IMG/VR virus record: IMGVR_UViG_3300038428_000280
Span: 21,161 to 85,160 of that record
Strand: one strand, 5' to 3'
Length of the DNA: 64,000 nucleotides
DNA from: a virus
How positions within the stretch are numbered: the stretch's first letter is position 1; the number at the start of each line of letters is the position of its first letter. The notes beneath the pieces were generated by a model. It saw only the letters and a program-made list of their open reading frames with translations, was not told the DNA's origin and searched no databases. Shown here piece after piece: positions 46,667-56,703 of the stretch. Both the position numbers and the translations under genes were made by a program.

Positions 46667-47340
46667 TGATGAAAAAAATTCTATATCAACCGTGGGGTGG
46701 ATTGGGCGACAACTTACAATATTCAACATTACCTGAAAGGTTTGCTGAATTGGGTCATGAATTCTACATATCTGACCAAAACGTATATAGAAATCCACAA
46801 ATTTATGGCTTGGTGTGGGGAAAAAATCCATATGTTAAAGGCATATCAAACGAACCTGCTAATGTGGGGTCTTGTGTTCCTTTTGTTCCCTATTATGCAG
46901 GCAAAACACGAATCTATAATTGGGAACATTGTCATGGATTACAACCAATAAATGAATTACCAAAAGTGTATTATCAACCAACCGTCATAGAGTCACTAAC
47001 AGAATCCATATTGGTAGATTTTAGTGGTTATACTTCATGGGAAGTGCCCGACCATTTGGATGAAATATTGAAGGAAAATTTTGGAGATAGAAAAATTGTA
47101 ATTCCCACGTCAGAATATTTTCACAGACAATATCAGGGGTTAAAACACGATGAAAAAATGGAATGTAAATCCATTTTTGATTATTGTGATATGATACACA
47201 GTTGTTATTATTTTATTTGTTCTTCAAGTGGTAATGCTGTATTGGCTTCAGCCCTAAACAAACAGAACACCACTGCGTTCTATCCAAAAAGATATGATGT
47301 GCAAAAAGATTTCTTTTTTCCAAACATAAATTATGAATAA
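46666..47340 (+). CDS. putative GT-B glycosyltransferase (GT9-like)
   Basis: GGLGDNL, NPYV, I..C..FI..SSG...LASAL. Confidence 0.55.
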   Translation: MMKKILYQPWGGLGDNLQYSTLPERFAELGHEFYISDQNVYRNPQIYGLVWGKNPYVKGISNEPANVGSCVPFVPYYAGKTRIYNWEHCHGLQPINELPKVYYQPTVIESLTESILVDFSGYTSWEVPDHLDEILKENFGDRKIVIPTSEYFHRQYQGLKHDEKMECKSIFDYCDMIHSCYYFICSSSGNAVLASALNKQNTTAFYPKRYDVQKDFFFPNINYE

Positions 47341-48427
47341 TATTAGCATTATAGGAATCGGCAAGTTGGGCTTATCTTTTGCTCTCAACTTGGAACGAAA
47401 AGGTTACAACGTAATTGGGGTGGATGTAAATCTAAATTATGTTGACCAAATCAATAATAAAACATTAAAATCAGATGAACCCAAGGTGGAAGAATATTTG
47501 TCTTCATCGAAAAACTTCATTGCAACGACAGACATATCAAAGGCTTTAGCCAATGACCTCATATTCATAGTTGTGGCCACCCCCTCGTTGGAGGGTGGCG
47601 GATATGACCATTCTCATATAGATGATGTTATTAAAAGTTTTAGAGCATTGGGCAAACAACCAACCAAAAAATATTTGATAATAAGTTCGACGGTTATGCC
47701 CGGCTATTGTTCGACGTTGAAGTATATAAAAGAATACAATTATGAAGTCGCCTACAATCCTGAATTTATTGCCCAAGGAACAATCATAAAAGACCAATGC
47801 AATCCTGATATTATTCTTATAGGTTCAACATCAGAAGAAGCAAAAAATCTTATTGAAGAAATATACAAAAGATTATGTGATAATAAACCGTCAATCTGTA
47901 AAATGTCCTTGATGGAGGCTGAGATAACAAAAATAGCATTAAATTGTTTTCTGACCACGAAAATTGCTTACGCTAACATGGTGGGTGATATAGCTTTAAG
48001 GACAGGCTGCAATCCTGATGTCATCTTGGATGCCATTGGCAAAGATTCAAGAATAGGTGGTAAATATCTTAAATATGGCTTTGGCTTTGGCGGCCCATGT
48101 TTTCCAAGAGACAATAGAGCTTTTGCATCATTCTGTCATACCAATTATATCAATGCACATATAAGCAAAGCAACCGATGAAAGTAATCAATCTCATTTAA
48201 AAAACCAAATATTGGAATTCAAACATTCTCATGACTTTGGTGAATCGGTTGTCATAGAAGGAGTTGCATTTAAGAAGGATTCCACAATAATAGAAGAATC
48301 ACAACAATTAAAATTTGCTGTAGAGTTGGCAAATGAAGGCTATGGTGTTACCATAAAAGATTGTGCATCAGTAATTGACCAAGTACAGAAAATTTACGGT
48401 CATAGATTTAAATATGTTGTTTCATGA
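47333..48427 (+). CDS. UDP-glucose/GDP-mannose dehydrogenase
   Basis: GIGKLG, VATPS, STV.PG, YNPEF, GFGGPCFPRD. Confidence 0.9.
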   Translation: MNNISIIGIGKLGLSFALNLERKGYNVIGVDVNLNYVDQINNKTLKSDEPKVEEYLSSSKNFIATTDISKALANDLIFIVVATPSLEGGGYDHSHIDDVIKSFRALGKQPTKKYLIISSTVMPGYCSTLKYIKEYNYEVAYNPEFIAQGTIIKDQCNPDIILIGSTSEEAKNLIEEIYKRLCDNKPSICKMSLMEAEITKIALNCFLTTKIAYANMVGDIALRTGCNPDVILDAIGKDSRIGGKYLKYGFGFGGPCFPRDNRAFASFCHTNYINAHISKATDESNQSHLKNQILEFKHSHDFGESVVIEGVAFKKDSTIIEESQQLKFAVELANEGYGVTIKDCASVIDQVQKIYGHRFKYVVS

Positions 48428-49254
48428 TAACAAACAAAGCCATAGGTTATACAGGCAGACTAGCTAATCAAATTATTCAACACGCAACATTGGTTTCTGT
48501 TGGTATAAAGAATGGTTATGTAGTAAAACTTCCTGCCAAAAATGAAACCATCAAACAGGATGGTTGTTACGATTTTGCCAATAATAGATGGGTTGCATAT
48601 AAATTGGATTTGTACAATTGTTTTGACCTTGGTTCAAAAAAATGTTCAGATGAAGAACTTAATGAAATAAAATATGTCTATAATGAACACGAGTGGACTT
48701 TTAATCCCAACATATTTAACGTCAAGGATTCAACATCAATCGAAGGTTATTTTCAAAGTGAAAAGTATTTCATTGACGTTAGGGAAGAAATATTGAAAGA
48801 GTTCAAATTCAAATCACACATTATAAAGGAAGCTGACGATGTTATCAATCAAATCAGCAACAAAGAAATTGTATCCATTCATGTCAGGCGCGGAGATAAT
48901 GTTACCAATCCCACCTTTCCGTTGATTGGTTTGGAATACATTGGAAAAGCATTAGAATATTTCACGAACAAGGATTATAATTTCTTGATTGTTTCAGATG
49001 ATATAAATTGGTGCAAAGACGCATTTCAAAAAGAAGACAATGTGTTTTTCAGTGAAGGACATTCCAATTACGTTGATTTATGTATTATGAGCAAATGTCA
49101 TCATAATATCATATCAAACAGTAGTTTCAGTTGGTGGGCCGCATGGTCAAATATCAATAAAGATAAAAAAGTCATAGCGCCCTCCACATGGTTTAAACCA
49201 CATATTCAGCATAATCAAACAGACATGTATTGTAAAGGATGGATAGTCATATAA
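48424..49254 (+). CDS. GT11 alpha-1,2-fucosyltransferase-like
   Basis: GRLANQ, GYFQSEKYF, HVRRGD, SDDINWC, NSSFSWWAAW. Confidence 0.88.
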   Translation: MITNKAIGYTGRLANQIIQHATLVSVGIKNGYVVKLPAKNETIKQDGCYDFANNRWVAYKLDLYNCFDLGSKKCSDEELNEIKYVYNEHEWTFNPNIFNVKDSTSIEGYFQSEKYFIDVREEILKEFKFKSHIIKEADDVINQISNKEIVSIHVRRGDNVTNPTFPLIGLEYIGKALEYFTNKDYNFLIVSDDINWCKDAFQKEDNVFFSEGHSNYVDLCIMSKCHHNIISNSSFSWWAAWSNINKDKKVIAPSTWFKPHIQHNQTDMYCKGWIVI

Positions 49255-50162
49255 TGAAAACACATATCATAATTCATGTTTTGCCGTTTGAAATTGACAG
49301 ATTTGAGCATCAAATGTTTGAACTTCACAAAAATAGTAAATACTTGGAAAAAAATGATGAAGTGGTGATTGATGCTACTCTTAACGTCAATGATTTGCTT
49401 GTTGATTGGAGCAAAAGTAAAATAGACAAGCAATATTTTATTGATCGATTTGATAAACTAAAAATCATAAATGATAAATGGGCAACTCTTTATTTTGACA
49501 TAAGTTCAAATAATGAATGTTTGGGCGTAGATGACAAGCGAAGAACCGCCATTAGAAAATATTCTTCCTCTTGTGATAACTTTATCTATTTGGACAATGA
49601 TATGTTCTATCCGAACACCGCATTGAAATACATAATAGAATCTGCTAAAATAGTGGAAAAAGAAAAGGATTATTACATCATATCACCCCAATCTACCATG
49701 TTATGGGATGCATCATGGGATGTATTAATTAATCAATCCTATAATCATCTTAAACATGAAGATTTATACTGTACTGACCAATTTGAAGTGTTTACTAAGG
49801 ATTATGGAGATATAGAAGTAGTTCCAATAGACACTTTTAAAATGGGTGGCGGATGGTTCAATATGTTATCATCAAAACTACTAGCCTATACTGATATACC
49901 CGATTCGTTTGGCCCTTATGGGTTGGATGATACTTTTGTTGTTGATGCTTGTAAAATAATGAAAAATTTTAAGATGAGCGTTCAACAATATGTTGTTAAA
50001 AATTTGGTTGTTACACAAAGCTATATGTTTGAGTTACATCATGTTTATTTAGACCATATATCGTTTAATATAAAACAAAAACAAATCTTTGCGGCAAATG
50101 CTGCCAAATCATATCAGCAAGAAATTTCCAAGTTTATAGAAAAATGCAAATCTCATTCATAA
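49254..50162 (+). CDS. putative GT-A fold glycosyltransferase
   Basis: YLDND (DxD), GGWF, YGLDD; cluster context. Confidence 0.5.
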   Translation: MKTHIIIHVLPFEIDRFEHQMFELHKNSKYLEKNDEVVIDATLNVNDLLVDWSKSKIDKQYFIDRFDKLKIINDKWATLYFDISSNNECLGVDDKRRTAIRKYSSSCDNFIYLDNDMFYPNTALKYIIESAKIVEKEKDYYIISPQSTMLWDASWDVLINQSYNHLKHEDLYCTDQFEVFTKDYGDIEVVPIDTFKMGGGWFNMLSSKLLAYTDIPDSFGPYGLDDTFVVDACKIMKNFKMSVQQYVVKNLVVTQSYMFELHHVYLDHISFNIKQKQIFAANAAKSYQQEISKFIEKCKSHS

Positions 50163-50983
50163 TACCAACTAGAAACACGTTGCCATATACTAAGTTGGCA
50201 TACGCCAGCCTGCGCCAATATAATCCTAATGCGGAGATAATCATTCTTGATGACTTATCCACCGATGGAACCTTGGAATGGCTCGACACATTACACGACG
50301 ATAATTTGGTAATATGGAAAAACGACCCAATAAATTTTCCAAGAACCTATTCCGACCAAAAATTCTCTGGTCACACTTTGACATATAATATTGGCTCGCA
50401 ACTAGCAAGGGGGCCTGTAATTGGTATCTTTCATTCAGACATGATATGCACCCCAAACTATACCAAAAATTTGTTAAAGCATCTTAAGCCAAAAACTATT
50501 GTATGTTCGACACGTATTGAACCACCCATTTATCCTACCGATAAAGCTAAGTTACAAATGAATTTCGGTATTTATCATGAAGAATTCAAAGAAACCGAAT
50601 TTCTTAATTTTGTAACTGAAAAAGAAAAAGAAAATACTGACAAAACCACCAAGGGATTTTTTGCTCCTTGGATGATGTTTCAGGACGAATATTTGGATAT
50701 AGGTGGCATGGACCCCATATATGCTCCTTATCCAATTGAAGACAGTGATTTTGTTACACGACTTTATTTATTGGGCTATGATATAATACAAAGTAGGGAT
50801 AGTTATTGTTATCATTGGGCTAGCCGTGGACATAGATGGACGACAGGTAAAGTTCAGGTAGATACAGACGAATTCAAAATGTATCAGCAAAGGTCATTGA
50901 AAGCCTTCTTTGACAAATGGGGGTTTTGGCCAAGAAACGATGAATATTCATACCCAATCATACCCATTGAAAGAACAACCTAA
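50144..50983 (+). CDS. GT2 glycosyltransferase
   Basis: IIPTRN, DDLSTDGT, HSDM, GGMD, EDSD, YH. Confidence 0.85.
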   Translation: MQISFIIPTRNTLPYTKLAYASLRQYNPNAEIIILDDLSTDGTLEWLDTLHDDNLVIWKNDPINFPRTYSDQKFSGHTLTYNIGSQLARGPVIGIFHSDMICTPNYTKNLLKHLKPKTIVCSTRIEPPIYPTDKAKLQMNFGIYHEEFKETEFLNFVTEKEKENTDKTTKGFFAPWMMFQDEYLDIGGMDPIYAPYPIEDSDFVTRLYLLGYDIIQSRDSYCYHWASRGHRWTTGKVQVDTDEFKMYQQRSLKAFFDKWGFWPRNDEYSYPIIPIERTT

Positions 50984-50997
50984 ACCTAGTTATTGAC

Positions 50998-51384
50998 ATG
51001 ATGGAATTGTTTCTTGTAGTAAATTTTATAACCCTCATAATGCTGATTTGGCTAAAGTCGGATGCTATAGTCGAATGGGGTTCATTGGTGGGATTGTCCA
51101 AATTCTTAAAACTTGAAGAATTTAATACAGAAAAATTGGAATCGGCTATAAAGGGCAATTCATTAACTTATCCCTCATTTTTGAAAAATAAATATCATTA
51201 CAATTTCATTACCAAACTTCTAGGATGTCCTTTGTGTCTGTCGGTATGGTTGTCGATATTAGCCTGTATATTCATTTCCATTATGTCTGCAAATTGGTTG
51301 AATTTATTGCTGATACCCACGGTGTGCATTTTATCATTGATAACCTATGGACTTGTAATCACCTTAAACCAACTTTCATCATGA
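50998..51384 (+). CDS. membrane protein (DUF1360-like)
   Basis: Three hydrophobic segments, LLGCPLCLSVW. Confidence 0.6.
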   Translation: MMELFLVVNFITLIMLIWLKSDAIVEWGSLVGLSKFLKLEEFNTEKLESAIKGNSLTYPSFLKNKYHYNFITKLLGCPLCLSVWLSILACIFISIMSANWLNLLLIPTVCILSLITYGLVITLNQLSS

Positions 51385-51668
51385 ACATGGCTGGCCCCAA
51401 TGACCTATATCATTTTTTGGTAGGAAATGGGTTGGTAGGAATCTGCCCCGAAGCCCAACACATGGTTGCATGCATGGATGTTTTGATCCGCATGTGTGCT
51501 TGCGACCCACAGAAAGCAAAACAAGACAGGCTCAATCAATGCAGACAACATTATATCGCTTTTGTATCGAAGTCACCCAATTTTGCAATTCCATTGTTAA
51601 CCAAAGCCAATGATAATAGAATGCAATTTTATCTTAACAATCAATTGATTGCTACAATTACACGGTAA
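51381..51668 (+). CDS. small Cys-containing hypothetical protein
   Basis: ATGA-coupled start; CACD motif. Confidence 0.55.
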   Translation: MNMAGPNDLYHFLVGNGLVGICPEAQHMVACMDVLIRMCACDPQKAKQDRLNQCRQHYIAFVSKSPNFAIPLLTKANDNRMQFYLNNQLIATITR

Positions 51669-52536
51669 TCCATTTCCACTGTTTAAGAGCTTTCTCCACG
51701 GATTCATGAACAGGCGTCATTACAATTCCTGCTCTTCCCAACTTCTCTGTATTCAAAATGGTATTTGACCGTGGTATTGTGCTTATTTTTTCAAATGCTT
51801 CAATGCTTTCAAAATATTGAAAATTCTTGTCAATGTTCAATATGTTTCGCATCATAGCAGTGATTTCATCGGTGCGAATTCCACCGGGATTTGTAACATG
51901 GTAAATTCCAAATGGAACCGCTTTCATGATACATTCTATACATGCAGTTACCAATTCTTTCCTATTGGAAAGGGAATTGCTTGAAACGACCAATTTATCA
52001 AATTGCATCAATTTGGCTAAATAATTTCGTGGGTGGTTTATTTCATCAAATGGAAGTCTGATTCGCCAAATGTATTTTTTCTCCACATTATTTAACAAAT
52101 CTTCAGCCATTGCTTTGGTACCTGTATAAAAACTGCATTTGGTATTAAATGTCATATTTCTTACATCATCTTCTTCATAACCACCAGCAGGATATCCATT
52201 AAACACACATCCTGATGACATATGACCCAAAATTATATTGCGTTCTTTGCATATTTCACCCAACATTTGTGGAAAAACAACATTCGACTGAATGGCTTGG
52301 TCTTTATAGTCTTCACAATTTACTATGGAATTACCACCCACGTATGCTGCGCAATTAATGATGACGGAAGGTTTGATTCCTTTGATAAGATTGTCAAGTT
52401 CTTTAAATGAATAACCACTACCATCGGCATGTCTTGACGACAATAATCTTATAAGCTTTATATTGGTTAAAGGAAGTAGTTGACTGACGAATTCAGAACC
52501 AATATAGCCATTACCACCAAACAATAAAATTTTCAT
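51658..52536 (-). CDS. NDP-4-keto-6-deoxysugar reductase (RmlD/SDR family)
   Basis: GGNGYIG, INCAAY, SSGCVF, YTGTK (YxxxK). Confidence 0.8.
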   Translation of the reverse strand: MKILLFGGNGYIGSEFVSQLLPLTNIKLIRLLSSRHADGSGYSFKELDNLIKGIKPSVIINCAAYVGGNSIVNCEDYKDQAIQSNVVFPQMLGEICKERNIILGHMSSGCVFNGYPAGGYEEDDVRNMTFNTKCSFYTGTKAMAEDLLNNVEKKYIWRIRLPFDEINHPRNYLAKLMQFDKLVVSSNSLSNRKELVTACIECIMKAVPFGIYHVTNPGGIRTDEITAMMRNILNIDKNFQYFESIEAFEKISTIPRSNTILNTEKLGRAGIVMTPVHESVEKALKQWKWITV

Positions 52537-53285
52537 TGTATTAACCTCGCTTTCCAATCTTTAACCAAAGGTTTTACAAACATTAGTTTTTTTGCAACCT
52601 TGGTTACTTTGTAACCGGAACTTGAGTAATCGCCCAAATACCCACCATATCGTCTTAAGCATTCTTCGGTATCTTCCCTAGCCAATCTGCCTCTTTCACC
52701 TGTTTCTTTTGCCCAAAGCTGAAGGGGCGTTTTACGAATATGGTTGCCTTGAGTTTCACCTATAAATATCCAATTGTCAGCCTTGTAACACGAACCACAG
52801 CGCAATTTATAGTTGTTATATTCTGTTTCTCTTTCAGGCTGAACAAAGGTTTCCAACAAAACAAGGTCATCGCCATATCTTTCTTTCCATTTTTTAGCAC
52901 CTTCAATGCGAAGCTGTTTAAGGGTGGCTGACGCTGCATTTTTTATGGAAATTCTTGGCTGTGCCAAGCAAAACCGTGAATTATTTGCCAAATGACATAA
53001 ATTCCTTATCTTGGTATCATTATTCCAACCTATGAAATTGTCTCTGACCGCTACCGCAATGGTGGCGGAAGACAAGCCGATGGCTCCAATTTGATTTCCT
53101 GATACCGTTTCGTAAACCAACCATCTAAGATTGCGTGTGGGAGAATCGGTATATTTTACATAACTATGAAATTTATTAATGGTGTCTCTGAATATCTTAT
53201 TTTGTGGCGGTGAAGAGCATTCCACCAAATTTACGGATGAATTGGTGTTTACCTTGATATCAAAAAAAGATGCTTCAATGGACAT
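52533..53285 (-). CDS. DUF4338 (DruA-like) / Mom-related GNAT-fold protein
   Basis: FHSY, RDNFIGW, ANNSRF, LETFV, GSCYKADNWIFIGETQG. Confidence 0.7.
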   Translation of the reverse strand: MSIEASFFDIKVNTNSSVNLVECSSPPQNKIFRDTINKFHSYVKYTDSPTRNLRWLVYETVSGNQIGAIGLSSATIAVAVRDNFIGWNNDTKIRNLCHLANNSRFCLAQPRISIKNAASATLKQLRIEGAKKWKERYGDDLVLLETFVQPERETEYNNYKLRCGSCYKADNWIFIGETQGNHIRKTPLQLWAKETGERGRLAREDTEECLRRYGGYLGDYSSSGYKVTKVAKKLMFVKPLVKDWKARLIQ

Positions 53286-53288
53286 GGT

Positions 53289-53699
53289 TTAAGATTTCTG
53301 TGGCACAGGTGCTTTTCGAAGAGTATCTAATTCTTTTGGAAGAATACCTTTATTAATCATATATTCTGTTTCCACAAGACAAAGCACATTCCACGCTGCA
53401 GCGATTGCATGGTCTTCGTCTTTCTCACCATCAGCAAATTTAAACAAATGCCTGAGAGCTGAATCAAGATACCGATTGAGTGGGATGCCTTTTCTCCAAT
53501 TGTCTGCATCGTATTTTTTGGCACCATTCTCAAAATGTTGCGCCAGCCTTGTAATCGCATGAACAGGAAGAAGGTCGAAGCGTCCCTTTCCTTCTTGGGT
53601 ATCCCTTTGAGCACCTGTTACAAATTTATGTCTTTGACCTGAATCTTTTATTACAAATTGCGGGGTCTCATCCCTCATATTCAATTCACTCATATTCAA
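53289..53699 (-). CDS. dATP/dGTP diphosphohydrolase (DUF5664)
   Basis: GKGRFDLLP, GAKKY...NW.KG, DSALRHL, EDH..AA.WN. Confidence 0.85.
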   Translation of the reverse strand: MNMSELNMRDETPQFVIKDSGQRHKFVTGAQRDTQEGKGRFDLLPVHAITRLAQHFENGAKKYDADNWRKGIPLNRYLDSALRHLFKFADGEKDEDHAIAAAWNVLCLVETEYMINKGILPKELDTLRKAPVPQKS

Positions 53700-54241
53700 T
53701 CCTTTTCATCATCATTTCTTTTCATGACGGTTTCAATTTCCTTGTCTGTCAAGCCATATACCCTGCAAAAATCTTCCAATTCCTTTTTACCTTTGTCGGT
53801 GGAATACAGCAAGGTTGCATATTCGGAAGATTCTTTTTGAGAGATTTCAAAATATTTTGATATTAATTCAAGAAGTCTTTTATTAAATGGAACCTTTTTT
53901 GATTTAATCCAAGGATAGAATGATTTGGGATAATCGGCTGGAATCAGGCCAATGAGAAGCTGATATAATTGGGGTGATGGTATTTTATCAAAATACCTAA
54001 ATATGGTGGCCATATCTTCCAATAGCGCCGGATTCATACTTAATGCTTTAAGTATCTTGAAATGATTGAATGATTTTTTATCCAAATCTGATAAATTTTT
54101 GAAATACTCCGGGTCCTGAACAATTCGAATCTGCTTAACATGGTCGAATAAACCAAGTCCTTTTGGAGTTTCAAGTTTCTTCCGTCCCCGTTTCTTTGGT
54201 CCTGATTTCAGGTCTGATTTGTCGTCTGAAAGTTTTGTCAT
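53696..54241 (-). CDS. clamp loader small subunit (T4 gp62-like)
   Basis: LFDHV..I, F..F.I.KALSM, Y..L...IP, F.PWIK pattern. Confidence 0.6.
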   Translation of the reverse strand: MTKLSDDKSDLKSGPKKRGRKKLETPKGLGLFDHVKQIRIVQDPEYFKNLSDLDKKSFNHFKILKALSMNPALLEDMATIFRYFDKIPSPQLYQLLIGLIPADYPKSFYPWIKSKKVPFNKRLLELISKYFEISQKESSEYATLLYSTDKGKKELEDFCRVYGLTDKEIETVMKRNDDEKD

Positions 54242-54449
54242 GTTTTCTTAATTCCTTGTACAATTCTCTAACCGAAGATGTTAACACACCCTGATTACGA
54301 TGTAAAGAATTTATATCACGACGGAGTAAACTTATTTCATCATTCGCCTTATCAAGACGTTTTTCTAACTTATCTTCACGGCGTAATATACAATATACCA
54401 ACAGTATAATGGATAATAGCAGTATAATTTTAAGAATCAAGAATATCAT
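54171..54449 (-). CDS. single-pass membrane coiled-coil protein
   Basis: N-terminal hydrophobic helix then heptad-like segment. Confidence 0.5.
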   Translation of the reverse strand: MIFLILKIILLLSIILLVYCILRREDKLEKRLDKANDEISLLRRDINSLHRNQGVLTSSVRELYKELRKHDKTFRRQIRPEIRTKETGTEET

Positions 54450-54591
54450 CTGTGGTATCTACTTGTGGCAGACTTGGTTTCGGTGGTGTAAAATCACCAC
54501 GCTTGAAGTCTTTGAATTTTTTACTTTTTTTGAAGTTTTGGTCTCTTCGGTCTTTTTTCCATCTGTCATTTTTTCTATAAGTTCGTCCCAT
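54430..54591 (-). CDS. small basic protein (53 aa, not in ORF track)
   Basis: MGRTYRKNDRWKKDRRDQNFKKSKKF...; TGaTATAAT 9 nt upstream. Confidence 0.5.
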   Translation of the reverse strand: MGRTYRKNDRWKKDRRDQNFKKSKKFKDFKRGDFTPPKPSLPQVDTTDDILDS

Positions 54592-54606
54592 ATCTCTTTT
54601 ATTATA

Positions 54607-55923
54607 TCAACGGCCTACATCGTTAAAGTATAGTTCTTTAGCTTTTTTATAGGTCATACCCGGATTGTCAAGCTCGTTCATATCACTATAAAACAATTTA
54701 TTTGGTCTTAAACGTCCTTCAGCCTTCAGTTTTTTGTATCTTTCAATAGCTTTTGGACGCCACCAATCCATGATAGCTTTGGTGTCATCTTTAAATAGTG
54801 GCTTCATTATCAATTTATCTTCGGTAATTTTTCTACAAAGAAAATCTCTTGTATTTTCATAAAAACACGAATAATAAACCCCGCGTTCATAACCATGACA
54901 ATAATTCGATTGTTTTATTTCACAAGCTTTAAATATCAACGATAACACTCTCATTTTTGCGCCGGTGACGGGGCCGGAAATGCCTTCCTTCTGTGTCATG
55001 GCAGTTTCATACTCATCCTTCATGTTTTGTTTTAGCCAACCGTGCCAATTACCATAAGCTTCTTCATAGGGTTTGATGGGAATTTTACCTTTGGACAGAC
55101 CGACCGGTTTCCACCATTTAAGACTATTATACATGGAAAATTGTCCATAAAGACTTGTGGTGGTCATACCAACCAATTTGCATCTTTTGGATTTACCCCT
55201 TATTTGATTTTCCCATTCATTTCTGACCACATTGGAAGTTACCAATGCGGCTACAAGTTTTCCACCCAAAAAATTACTTCCAAATGGTTGTGTTGGAACA
55301 ATAGTGGTTCCAATGGCTGAATGTTTTAACATTTTGTATTTCAGTTTATCGTCTTGTGTCCAACCTATGAAATTATCTCTAGCAGAAATTGAAATCACGT
55401 CACTAGCAATTGACGCAATACCCAATATTTTATTCGATAACTCGTCCATCATCAAAAATTTTATGAATCTGCCCGGAGCCTGATTATATTCCGCCGTGCT
55501 ACAATAAATTCTCAAGGTTGTCCAAAGTCTTTCTTGTGATTCATCCACCACGACCACTTTTGGTTTAAGGTTATTAATTTCTGCGATGGTCAATTCTTCA
55601 TCATTAATATCAGTAGGTGCCCATATCCGAGCCTTTGCTATGGTATGAAATTGTCTTACATCGTTGTTTATCAATTGAATTTCTTCGTATTTTTTTCTAA
55701 AAGTGAACTCTTCAACTTCCAATGAGACCAGCCAATTTAAATTATCCACCAATTTTTTCTTATTCTTTTCAAAATCAAAAACTTCTTCATCAGTGACCAA
55801 TTTGTAGGCGTCTCCTGACGCATACTTTCCGGCTGTTGCGTTCATTTTTTTCCGGTCTTCTGCCAATTTCTTTCTGACTTCTTCGGAAAAGGACACACCC
55901 TCTATAAATTCTGATTCATTCAT
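54607..55923 (-). CDS. large DUF4338 (DruA-like) domain protein
   Basis: PGR, RDNFIGW, VPTQPFG.NFLGGKL.A, TTTSLYG..S.Y, G.SKG. Confidence 0.7.
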   Translation of the reverse strand: MNESEFIEGVSFSEEVRKKLAEDRKKMNATAGKYASGDAYKLVTDEEVFDFEKNKKKLVDNLNWLVSLEVEEFTFRKKYEEIQLINNDVRQFHTIAKARIWAPTDINDEELTIAEINNLKPKVVVVDESQERLWTTLRIYCSTAEYNQAPGRFIKFLMMDELSNKILGIASIASDVISISARDNFIGWTQDDKLKYKMLKHSAIGTTIVPTQPFGSNFLGGKLVAALVTSNVVRNEWENQIRGKSKRCKLVGMTTTSLYGQFSMYNSLKWWKPVGLSKGKIPIKPYEEAYGNWHGWLKQNMKDEYETAMTQKEGISGPVTGAKMRVLSLIFKACEIKQSNYCHGYERGVYYSCFYENTRDFLCRKITEDKLIMKPLFKDDTKAIMDWWRPKAIERYKKLKAEGRLRPNKLFYSDMNELDNPGMTYKKAKELYFNDVGR

Positions 55924-55925
55924 AC

Positions 55926-55960
55926 TACTTATATTGTATTATGCCTGAAAATAAAGTCAA
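55926..55960. promoter_or_regulatory. overlapping divergent promoters
   Basis: Minus: TTGACT-16-TACAAT, ATG 9 nt downstream. Plus: TACTTATA late-like motif 7 nt before ATG 55941. Confidence 0.6.
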
Positions 55961-56477
55961 CAACAAACAAACTATAAAAAAAGCTGCACCCACTTATTAT
56001 CATTGTTTCAAACTAAGCGATTCTTCACATGCTCTGTTTGATATAAAAATGGATATGCCTGTCGTTATTGGGTCTTCGTCAATCATACAATCCATCAAAC
56101 TCCCTGCAAATTCGTTCGTGTTCAATTACGAATTAAATTCAAGGGGATTTTTTGAAAAAACTCCCGATTTATATTTGAAAATAAATGATGATGCCGAAGG
56201 AAAACATCAAAAACCCCCTCTTAGATATCACTACATAAACCCAAAAATTACACTCTATTTCGTCTTTAAAATTAATACGGTTTTGTATTCTTTGTTCGAT
56301 GTCGAATTTGATATGCCCCTTGCTTACGGGGATTTCAGTAAAGTTCAGGCTGTGTTAAATAATATAAACAAAGATTCCACCATTTTCTACTACAAAGAAG
56401 ATTTGGTAGTAAAAAAATCATTCAAAGTATGGTATATCTATGAGAATAAAAAAATTCGATATATAACAGGAAGATAA
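55941..56477 (+). CDS. hypothetical protein with two tandem repeat domains
   Basis: Y..FK......LFD...DMP...G....Q.. occurs twice. Confidence 0.65.
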   Translation: MPENKVNNKQTIKKAAPTYYHCFKLSDSSHALFDIKMDMPVVIGSSSIIQSIKLPANSFVFNYELNSRGFFEKTPDLYLKINDDAEGKHQKPPLRYHYINPKITLYFVFKINTVLYSLFDVEFDMPLAYGDFSKVQAVLNNINKDSTIFYYKEDLVVKKSFKVWYIYENKKIRYITGR

Positions 56478-56478
56478 G

Positions 56479-56673
56479 TTAGACGGCAAGTTTTATATCA
56501 AATTCACATTCTTTGAGATTTTCACCCAAACCACCTGACAGGGCTATGTCCATTTGTATTTCTGCATGGTCAAGACTGATTTTGGTGATGGTGTGTTTCT
56601 TGGCATCAAAAATACCATATATATGCAAACCAACCAAATGCCGTTTCTGTTTTGCATTCTTCTTCCTTTTCAT
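56479..56673 (-). CDS. hypothetical protein
   Basis: 64-aa ORF. Confidence 0.5.
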   Translation of the reverse strand: MKRKKNAKQKRHLVGLHIYGIFDAKKHTITKISLDHAEIQMDIALSGGLGENLKECEFDIKLAV

Positions 56674-56703
56674 ACATATGGTATTTTGCGCCTTGTCTAT
56701 GGA

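Noticed and set aside
31153-52536. Window being a bacterial chromosome O-antigen region
   Set aside because: T4-like polymerase, clamp, clamp loader, tail-tube-like and many small phage-type ORFs are interleaved; no export or housekeeping genes
53289-53699. 2-aminoadenine (Z) genome pathway
   Set aside because: DUF5664 alone is insufficient; no purZ or datZ recognised in this window
52533-55923. A complete Druantia defence system
   Set aside because: No large DruE helicase or DruB-D genes nearby; the genes sit among phage replication genes
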